DNA of 12,503 nucleotides from Candidatus Krumholzibacteriia bacterium (GTDB taxonomy: Bacteria > Krumholzibacteriota > Krumholzibacteriia > Krumholzibacteriales > Krumholzibacteriaceae), in contig CAWIIQ010000005.1 of assembly GCA_963836185.1 (NCBI GenBank), positions 1-12,503 of the forward strand, written 5' to 3'. Position numbers and translations under genes: made by a program. Positions 1-6,931 of this stretch are shown here, piece after piece. The notes beneath the pieces are model-generated. The model saw only the letters and a list, made by a program, of their open reading frames with translations, did not search any database and was not told the origin of the DNA. Each line of letters opens with the position of its first letter. Position 1 is the stretch's first letter.

Positions 1-3000
1 CAATATCTTCAAGGATAGCATCAGCTCTTCCCTCGGGTCACGGCCCTCCTCGAAAGCGAATGCGTAGCCTGCCGAGAATGTCGTCTGCAGCGACGAGAAG
101 AAGACGATCTTAAGGTTAAGCTGTGTGCCGGCGTTGACTACCTCGACCCCTTCGTAGTCCGGATCGACATTCGTCGCGATGGCCGAACCGAAGAAGGTAA
201 GGCTGGCCCAGTTGCCATACAGCGACGGCCATCCGAGAGAGGAGAATCTCAGTGGTGGCAATGTCCATTCTACCATCCCCTTGAGGAAGTTAGTGCCGCC
301 GATCTCGTTGAGATCGACTCCGGGAAAGGCGTAAAACTCCCTGTACCTGTTGACGCTCCTGTGGTCGACCCAGTTGTTCCCGAATCCCCCGAAGAAGAAG
401 TACGAGTTTGATTCCTCCCTGTCGCCGAATGAGAAGCCTCCGGATGTCCTGAGCCATATCGAGGAATGGTCCCACGGGAGGAGGAATCCATAGTCCAGCG
501 TTCCCCAGAAGAGGGGGTAGGGGGATCCATTGACAAGTGAGTTATATCCGTTCAGTGAGAACTTGATTCCTTTCTCGGCCTGGATACCACCGATCGTTCC
601 TCTTGTATGGCTGTAGTGGAGGGACCCCTCGAGAGTGTAGAAATCCTTTATAGTCGCCTGCACGTTCTGGTAGTGGGGGAGATACTCGAGGTTTCCATAG
701 GCCGCGGCGCGGATATTCAGCCCGAGTTTCCTCGGTCTGTCTACCACGAATCCGTAGTCGTAATCGAGGGCGAGCGAATGCCCTTTCCTGCTGACCTTGG
801 TCGGGCCGAAGAGGTCGTAGAAGTCGGCGCGGTTGTAATAACCGGTCGCCGCCCACCTGCCCCTTGCATACTTGAACCTGAAGTGGGCCCGTTCGTTCTC
901 CGGCAGGTTAGTGTTGGGAGTGTAGGAAGCGGCCATATCGAGCGCGTTTATCCCCACCGGGTCCATCATGTTGAAACGCAGGCCGATCGTACCGTATTTC
1001 TTGTATCCCTCGACGATCGGGTACAGCGAGGTTACTCTGAGGTTCTTTGTCGGGCTGTACTCACCCTCGTATGTCACCAGTGAGTCGATCTCGATCTCCC
1101 TCGGCGACGAGAGTTTCCAGTCGTCGACGACGGGGTGTTCCAGGATAACAGCCTGGCCGAGATATCTCACTGCCGCTACATCTTCTATCGGCTTTACAGG
1201 TATCATGACCGGTTCGAAGCCTTCGCCCGTATAGATGAAGGTGATCAGCGAATCGTCCGAGACGGGGAGGGGGCGGAAACCGCCGATCTCAAAGTTGCTC
1301 ATCGCCTCGAGCTCCCACTGTTCTAGGTCGAACCTGAATATATTCGATGTGCCTGTAACGTATGAGCTCCCATAGAGGTAGCGTCCATCGGCCGAGTGTA
1401 CGAAATTGGCCGCGTTATTGTCTTTAAACTCATGGATCAGTTCCCACGTGCCGTCACCGAACATCAGCCTTTCCGTCTCCATCCTGATAAGCTTCTGATC
1501 GCCGCTTATGTCGGTCAGGGTGCCGGTCAGATACCTGCCGTCCGGAGAGATATCGATATCGAACATATCGAGCCCGTACCTGAGCTTGAGGAGCTCGTAA
1601 CCGTCAGTGTAGGGGGGAGTGAACATCACGATGCTGCTGAACCCGTTGTCGTGTCTCATGCCCCAGATCGTCGAGTCGGCCCGGCAGTAGACGAGGTCGC
1701 CGGTACGGTTGTTCTTGCAGAGGACTTTCGTTTTCCCGGTGGCAATATCGACAGAGTTCAGATCTCGCCAGCCCCTGCTGTTGTCTGTCGTGAAGAAGAG
1801 GGTCCCGCTGTCAGGATCATGGGCGAGTCCGGTCACGTAATAGAGAGCGGGGGTCTCGATCTCACAGATCTTTCTCATCTTTCCCGTGTCGATATCTATC
1901 GCCGCTATATGAGAGAACTCGCCGGGATAGTTCACCGCTGTGTAGAGCGTGCGGGTCCCGGGATCGAAGAACTCCCTCGAGACCGAACCGAGCGGGCGCT
2001 CGCACAGCTTCCTGGCGGGGGTCACTGGATACTGCCGTATCGAGTCGAGGTTGGTCGCCTGCCACTTCTTCTCGAACTCGATCCATTCGTCCCATTTTTC
2101 GTAGATCGACGCCCCGTATACGTTCCTGAACTGTTTCGAGAAGTAGGCCCCGCTTCCCTCGTTGCGGCGCACCCATTCGATAACCGAATCGGGGCCGTAC
2201 ATCAGCGAGAGGTAGCTGAAGAAACGCGTGCCGTAGAGGTAAGAGACCTGGCCGATCTGGAAATCCTTCGCCGTGCCTTCCGACTCGAGACCTACGACGG
2301 TATGGAACTGCATGCTGTCACGCACCATAGCCCTGAAAGTCATCTCGTCGTATCCGGTCAGCGACCGGCCGATCCCGCCCGCCATCCATGTCTCCATGAA
2401 GACGGCGATACCCTCGTGGTACCACCGCGGCGAGTAGAGCCGAGGCGTAGTAAGGTAGGCGTAGAAGATCGAGACGGGATCTTCCGCGACAGGGTGGACC
2501 TTGCCGAAGAAGAGCTTCCTGAATCTCGAATCCCATCCCGTAGCCTGGTCGGAGGCGGTCACATGGACGAGCTCGTGATTCATTACCCAGTTCATCCGTT
2601 CGTTAGTCGGGCATGTATCGTATACGTACTCGAACGGCTCGATACCGAGGGTTATCCAGTTGTTGGGGATCACCGTGGTTCCGGCATACCCGTAATCATC
2701 GTCATCGTTAAAATAGACCGTGACCTCACCGCTGGGCTTGTAGTCGAAGAACTTCTGGTGATAACGGAAAGCGTTCTCGAAACAGCGGGACATGTGTTCT
2801 ATCACATATTCCTGCTCCCTGAAGAAATAGAAGACCCTGAGGTCTTCTGTCTGATACGTCCTGTATTTAAGCTGGTACGGCTTTTCCTGAACGTAGTCGT
2901 CCTGGCCCGACGCCCGCTGTGGAACGAGAAAAATCGCCGCGGCGGCGATAAGAATGGAGATCGGGCGAAGAATCAGTCCGGCGGTCGATGTGAAACCTCT

Positions 3001-3003
3001 CAT
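1..3003 (-). CDS. Large exported protein: zinc metallopeptidase (gluzincin/peptidase MA-like) + TolB/PD40-like beta-propeller + C-terminal outer-membrane beta-barrel (Omp85-like); stop codon lies outside the window
   Basis: Manual translation from ATG at 3003 (RBS-like AAAGGAAAAAG) gives MRGFTSTAGLILRPISILIAAAAIFLVPQRASGQDD (signal peptide). It contains NHELVH (HELVH at 2563-2577), PRWYHEGIA as third-ligand motif (~2404-2430), the propeller motifs DISPDGRYL and HSADGRYL, and amphipathic strands with YFFFGGFGNNWVD, ending ...EELMLSLKIL at base 1. The ORF track lists no minus ORF in this frame, and the long plus ORFs 607-1083, 1135-1326 and 1396-3135 are its in-register antisense shadows. Confidence 0.9.
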   Translation of the reverse strand, partial: MRGFTSTAGLILRPISILIAAAAIFLVPQRASGQDDYVQEKPYQLKYRTYQTEDLRVFYFFREQEYVIEHMSRCFENAFRYHQKFFDYKPSGEVTVYFNDDDDYGYAGTTVIPNNWITLGIEPFEYVYDTCPTNERMNWVMNHELVHVTASDQATGWDSRFRKLFFGKVHPVAEDPVSIFYAYLTTPRLYSPRWYHEGIAVFMETWMAGGIGRSLTGYDEMTFRAMVRDSMQFHTVVGLESEGTAKDFQIGQVSYLYGTRFFSYLSLMYGPDSVIEWVRRNEGSGAYFSKQFRNVYGASIYEKWDEWIEFEKKWQATNLDSIRQYPVTPARKLCERPLGSVSREFFDPGTRTLYTAVNYPGEFSHIAAIDIDTGKMRKICEIETPALYYVTGLAHDPDSGTLFFTTDNSRGWRDLNSVDIATGKTKVLCKNNRTGDLVYCRADSTIWGMRHDNGFSSIVMFTPPYTDGYELLKLRYGLDMFDIDISPDGRYLTGTLTDISGDQKLIRMETERLMFGDGTWELIHEFKDNNAANFVHSADGRYLYGSSYVTGTSNIFRFDLEQWELEAMSNFEIGGFRPLPVSDDSLITFIYTGEGFEPVMIPVKPIEDVAAVRYLGQAVILEHPVVDDWKLSSPREIEIDSLVTYEGEYSPTKNLRVTSLYPIVEGYKKYGTIGLRFNMMDPVGINALDMAASYTPNTNLPENERAHFRFKYARGRWAATGYYNRADFYDLFGPTKVSRKGHSLALDYDYGFVVDRPRKLGLNIRAAAYGNLEYLPHYQNVQATIKDFYTLEGSLHYSHTRGTIGGIQAEKGIKFSLNGYNSLVNGSPYPLFWGTLDYGFLLPWDHSSIWLRTSGGFSFGDREESNSYFFFGGFGNNWVDHRSVNRYREFYAFPGVDLNEIGGTNFLKGMVEWTLPPLRFSSLGWPSLYGNWASLTFFGSAIATNVDPDYEGVEVVNAGTQLNLKIVFFSSLQTTFSAGYAFAFEEGRDPREELMLSLKIL

Positions 3004-3028
3004 CTTTTTCCTTTGAATGAAACGCGAC

Positions 3029-3069
3029 AGGAAGGAGGCAGCCCGGTCGGTGCCGGGCTGCTCCTTCCT
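3029..3069 (-). terminator. Strong intergenic stem-loop (mRNA-stabilising hairpin or leaky terminator)
   Basis: AGGAAGGAG(G)CAGCCCGG-tcggtg-CCGGGCTGCTCCTTCCT forms a 17-bp stem with one bulge, between the repeat gene stop (3116) and the next start (3003). There is no clean U-tract directly after the stem on the minus strand. Confidence 0.6.
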
Positions 3070-3115
3070 ACCACTCATCCCCTCTTCCGCTTCATGTCAA
3101 AAGTGCGAGGGACCC

Positions 3116-5079
3116 CTAAATATCCCTGCTTATAGACGACCTTTCCATGACGGAGGCCCTGTTGAATACCGCGGCTCTTTCCTGGACCGAGAAGCGTCCC
3201 ATGATCGAGGCCTTCTCCGTGATGGAGGCCCTGTTGAATACCGCCGCTTTCTCCATGACCGATGCGCGCCCCATTATGCTGACCTTCTCCTGCACCGAGA
3301 ACCTGTTCATCAGGGAGGCTTTCTCCTGGATCGAGAACTTTTCCTGCATGACGGCGGCCTTCTCCTGTACCGAGAGCTTGTCGAAAGCTTCCATGGTGAT
3401 CTCGGCTCTTTTCATGATAGAAGTACGTTCCGCGACTTCCAGGCGGTTCATCAGTTCCATGCGTTCCATGGCTGTAGATCGGTTGAATATCGCTGCTTTC
3501 TCCTGCACGCAGCAGCGCTCGAACATATCGGACTGCTCCTGGGCGGTGGCCCGGGCGAACACGTTCGATTTCTCCATGACCGAAGCCCGCTGGAAGATGA
3601 ACGCTCTGCCTTGTATGCTGGCCCTCTCCATTATGGAAGCTTTCTGCGCTATCGAGGCACGCTCCATGATCGAACTTCTCATCTGGACCGATGTACGCTC
3701 CATGATGCTGGATTTTTCCTGTACCGAGAACTTCTCCATCATTGCGGCCTTCTCCTGTATCGAGAACTTGCCCATGATCGAGGATTTTTCCTGCATCGGG
3801 AGCTTGTCGAAGGCTTCCATCGTGATCGATGATTTCTTCATTAGCGAGGTCCGATCCTGAACGGAAAGCCTGTTCATGAGCTCCATACGTTCCTGGACCG
3901 TGGCATGATCGAATATCGAGGCTTTCTCCGTGACCGAGGCGCGCTGCATGATGTCGGCACGCTCCATGACCGAGGCCCTCTCGAAGGTGAAGGAGGTCCG
4001 GCCCATGATGCTGGTCCTCTGCATGATCGCTGCCTTCTCCATGACGGAGGCGCGCTGCATCATCTCAGCCCGTTCCATGACCGAGGCCCTCTTCATGATA
4101 CTGGACTTCGCCTGGATCGAGAACCTGTCCATCATGAATGCTTTTTCCTGGATCGAGAACTTGTTCATGACAGAAGCTTTCTCCTGCATCGGGAGCTTAT
4201 TGAAGGCTTCCATCGTGATCGAATGTTTTTCGAGCAGCATGGCGCCGGCCGGGGTGAGAGCTTCGTGTAGACCTTCATCTTTTCCTGGATGTTGGCGCGA
4301 TCGAAGATAGCGGCCTTTCCCTGGAAAGATGATCTCTCGAGTATCGAAGCGTGCTCGGGCGCCGAGGCACGGTTGAAAATAGCCGCCTTCTGCTGGACCG
4401 AGGTGCGCTGCATGATATCGATACGCTCCTGGACCGAGGTACGATTGAAGACAGCCGCCTTCTGCTGTATCGAGGCGCGCATCATGATATCGGCTCTCTT
4501 CTGGATGGAGAGCCTCTCCATGATAGCTGCTTTCTCCTGGATCGTAGCGGTCTGCATCAGGGAAGCTTTTTCCTGTACAGAGAACTTCTCCATCATGAGA
4601 GCTGATTTTTCCTGCATGGGCAGCTTGTTGAAAGCTTCCATGGTGAACGAGATCCTCTTCATGATGCTGGTTCTATCCTGGATCGAGAACCGCTGGAACA
4701 TGGAGACACGTTCCATCGGAGTCGCACGCTCGACGAGAGAGACGCGCTCCTGCATTGGGACGAGGTCGGCGAACGCCGCTTTCTCCTGGATCGAGACCCT
4801 CTGCATGAGATTGGCCTTCTCCTGCATATCGGTGCGCTCGAACAGAGCTGCCATTTCCTCAGGGGAGATGATATTGTCGATAGTGTATTCCGACTCGTAA
4901 TCCCCCTCGAAATTCAGTACAACGTCCTCGTCGCTCATCTGCTGGTCACGGTGCTTATCCACCACTCCTATCGTCCCCTCGGCGCCTTCACGGCCTGTGG
5001 GAGGATGGAAGAAGGCGAAGTAGGCGACCACTGCGATCGCGATCAGGACAACCACCAGTAGAACCTTGTTCTTGGTCAT
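3116..5079 (-). CDS. N-terminally anchored or secreted Met-rich hexapeptide-repeat protein (~654 aa when the two ORFs 4165-5079 and 3116-4240 are joined across a 1-nt frameshift at ~4241-4257)
   Basis: Strong RBS AAGGAGG before ATG 5079. N-terminus MTKNKVLLVVVLIAIAVVAYFAFF is a signal or TM helix. Both ORF halves carry the same [RK]-x-[SA]-[IV]-[MQF]-[EQN] repeats and the same ITMEAFxKLPMQEK-type block, and adding one base restores the repeat register. Confidence 0.85.
3119..4860 (-). repeat. Degenerate coding tandem repeat: 18-nt/6-aa unit (often paired as 12 aa), roughly 90 units, with a higher-order ~131-143-codon super-repeat
   Basis: Example run: RASVME RAEMMQ RASVME KAAIMQ ... KLPMQE KSSIMG KFSIQE KAAMME KFSVQE. 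Recurring DNA words on the plus strand include ttctcctg, ccatgaccgaggc and gatcgagaac. Confidence 0.95.
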
Positions 5080-5136
5080 CTGGTGCCCTCCTTCTGGTAA
5101 ATGGGTTTCTGCCGCTTGCTGATTTACTGTTCACCC

Positions 5137-5166
5137 TAAATACAGGCGGGTCTTGCCGAAAGTTGG
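5137..5166 (-). promoter_or_regulatory. Putative ECF-sigma promoter for the repeat-protein gene
   Basis: Minus strand reads CCAACTTT-13 nt-CTGTATTTA: an AAC-type -35 and a TGTA -10 separated by 17 nt. The same two boxes occur upstream of the sigma gene. Confidence 0.7.
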
Positions 5167-5182
5167 TCGGATCCGCCTGTTT

Positions 5183-5920
5183 TTATTCTCCGGCGGAATA
5201 TTTCGTCGCCGCCACAGTCTTGCCATCGGTGAAGATCCGCAGCACGAAAGACGTGGATCCCGCCGATCTGAGTCTGACGATATATTCCGCGATGCCGTTA
5301 TGTACGAGCAGGAGGCTCTTTTCATCGACCTCCATCTGGTAGGCAGCTCCCTCGCTCGACCTGATCGACTCGAAGGATGTTCCATCCTCGAACTCGAGGA
5401 GGATGCTGGCATCCGCCTCTGAAGCCAGGTCTAATGTGATAGTCGCAGAACCGCTCTCGAATACGGGGGTTATGCTGCCCTTCACCCCGAAAGCGTCGAA
5501 TCTTCCTGTGGTCTCATCTTCTCCGGAAGCCGCTCCGATAGTCGCTCCGTATCCAGGTTCATCCGGTGCCCGGTCCGGCAGCTGCCGTATCGCGGCGAAG
5601 AGTATGAATCCTGCCGCTACGCCGGCAGCGAAGACCGGCACGAACGACCGCCAGAAAACGTTTCTTTCGGGGGGGCGGGCCACTGCCTCTTCCAGGGAGC
5701 GTTCGTATACCGAACTGAAGATCCGTTCCCTGAGTTCGGAGGGTGGCTCGACATCTCTCGTGCCGTCGATAGCCTCGACCGTCGCCCGAAGCTCCTTGTA
5801 GTATCTCCCGGCCTCCGGATCGGAGCTGACATATGAAGCGAGTCTCTCAGCGTCCTCATCGGAGATGACACCGTCGATCTCCTCGTTCATCATCCTTATG
5901 TATCTTTCATCTATGGTCAT
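5183..5920 (-). CDS. Membrane-bound anti-sigma factor (RsiW/RseA-type topology)
   Basis: Starts 3 nt after the ECF sigma stop. The N-terminal anti-sigma-like helices (MMNEEIDGVISDEDAERLASYVSSDPEA) lack the HxxxCxxC zinc ligands. A single TM segment (FVPVFAAGVAAGFILFAAI) is followed by a beta-rich extracytoplasmic C-terminal domain. Confidence 0.8.
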   Translation of the reverse strand: MTIDERYIRMMNEEIDGVISDEDAERLASYVSSDPEAGRYYKELRATVEAIDGTRDVEPPSELRERIFSSVYERSLEEAVARPPERNVFWRSFVPVFAAGVAAGFILFAAIRQLPDRAPDEPGYGATIGAASGEDETTGRFDAFGVKGSITPVFESGSATITLDLASEADASILLEFEDGTSFESIRSSEGAAYQMEVDEKSLLLVHNGIAEYIVRLRSAGSTSFVLRIFTDGKTVAATKYSAGE

Positions 5921-5923
5921 GAC

Positions 5924-6454
5924 CTACACCGCCCCTGTAAGTAATTCCTTCATCCGCTGCCTGGCTGAGTAAAGCCTGGACTTCACAGTCTTCTCATGGA
6001 TCCCCAGCACTTCGGCTATCTGGCTGTACGAGAGATCGACGAAGTGCCTGAGGATGATGACCACCCTCTGGTCCTCGCTGAGTCTCTTGAGCGCCGTCTG
6101 CACGAGCCCGTTCGACTCCTCACGGATCAGCTGCTGCTCCGGTCCCGGAGTGCGGGAGGGAGGGTCGAATTCGACGTGCACTATCCTGCTCTGTCTTTTG
6201 ACCTGATTGAGGGATTCGTTGACGCCCATCCTGTAGAGCCAGCTGAAGAACTTCCTCGAAGGATCGAAGGTCTCCAGCCTGTCGAAGGCCTTTACAAATA
6301 CTGTCTGTGTTACGTCCATGGCTTCCTCGTAGTCGCCGCAGATCCTTAACGCGAGGTTGAAGATCCGCCGCTCGTACTTCTCCACCAGCCTTCCGAACGC
6401 TTCCCTGTCTCCATTCAGCGTCTCGTTGACCAGCGATGAATCCGTTGTCGACAT
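5924..6454 (-). CDS. ECF-family (sigma-70 group 4) RNA polymerase sigma factor
   Basis: Region 2 GDREAFGRLVEKY...EAMDVTQTVFVKAF...KFFSWLYRMGVNESLN; region 4 LSEDQRVVIILRHFVDLSYSQIAEVLGIHEKTVKSRLYSARQRMKELL. Start placed at MSTTDSSLV (6454) rather than the 6517 start in the ORF track, which fits the usual ECF N-terminus. Confidence 0.95.
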   Translation of the reverse strand: MSTTDSSLVNETLNGDREAFGRLVEKYERRIFNLALRICGDYEEAMDVTQTVFVKAFDRLETFDPSRKFFSWLYRMGVNESLNQVKRQSRIVHVEFDPPSRTPGPEQQLIREESNGLVQTALKRLSEDQRVVIILRHFVDLSYSQIAEVLGIHEKTVKSRLYSARQRMKELLTGAV

Positions 6455-6482
6455 AAATACAGACCAACCATGAAAAAGTTGG
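6454..6482 (-). promoter_or_regulatory. Putative autoregulatory ECF promoter of the sigma gene
   Basis: Minus strand reads CCAACTTT-12 nt-CTGTATTTA(TG), with 16 nt from AAC to TGTA. The boxes are identical to those at 5137-5166. Confidence 0.7.
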
Positions 6483-6643
6483 CGGCCGGTATGGAAAACG
6501 TCCTCCGTCCGGCGCACTTCGATGGCCGGTGACGGAGGACGATACCGGAATACCGGACCGTGCCACAGCCGTCACGCTCGTGCTGCAGGTGTTGTTGTAA
6601 ATCCCTTGTGTTAGAGAGCTTGTGAATCAGAGTAAAATAACTT

Positions 6644-6931
6644 TTACTTTATGTCAAATATAAAGTCGAATCCGGCGATGGTGAAGATATCGCGGATGTG
6701 AGAAGTCATGTTGATGATCTCAAGCTTGTGACCTTTGTCGATGAGGCGTTTCTGGGTGCCGAGAAGGAGGCCGAGGCCGGCGCTGGAGATATATCGCAGC
6801 TCCGCGAAATCTACCTTTACCGTCGTTTCGACCTTTTCGAGGACGGTCCTGGTCGTATCGACCTGGTTCGAGTCGAGCCTTCCGGCGAGTCTTATCGTTC
6901 CATCTCCCGCTACCGATATGTCGAACGTCAT
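6644..6931 (-). CDS. STAS-domain anti-anti-sigma factor (SpoIIAA/RsbV-like)
   Basis: 95 aa; LAGRLD and DFAELRYISSAGLGLLL with the conserved phospho-acceptor serine. Its start overlaps the upstream stop (ATGA). Confidence 0.92.
   Translation of the reverse strand: MTFDISVAGDGTIRLAGRLDSNQVDTTRTVLEKVETTVKVDFAELRYISSAGLGLLLGTQKRLIDKGHKLEIINMTSHIRDIFTIAGFDFIFDIK

Noticed and set aside
607-3135. Long plus-strand ORFs (607-1083, 1135-1326, 1396-3135 of 579 aa)
   Set aside because: They are in-register antisense shadows of the 1-3003 minus gene and have no recognisable motifs, while the minus frame has clear domains and a signal peptide.
3119-4860. Possible CRISPR array or non-coding satellite
   Set aside because: Units are degenerate, vary at synonymous positions, keep the reading frame, and have no unique spacers; no cas genes are present.
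3017-4900. Multiple overlapping plus-strand ORFs with His-rich or MTEA repeats across the repeat region
   Set aside because: These arise from the restricted codon set of the minus-strand repeat. The minus gene has the RBS, promoter and signal sequence.
6455-6517. 21-aa N-terminal extension of the sigma factor in the ORF track
   Set aside because: It overlaps the putative promoter and does not resemble an ECF N-terminus; ATG 6454 fits better.
6596-6625. gtaaatcccttgtgttagagagcttgt, vaguely like an intergenic palindromic recombination or nucleoid-protein site
   Set aside because: The symmetry is weak, it occurs once, and no recombinase or mobile element is nearby.
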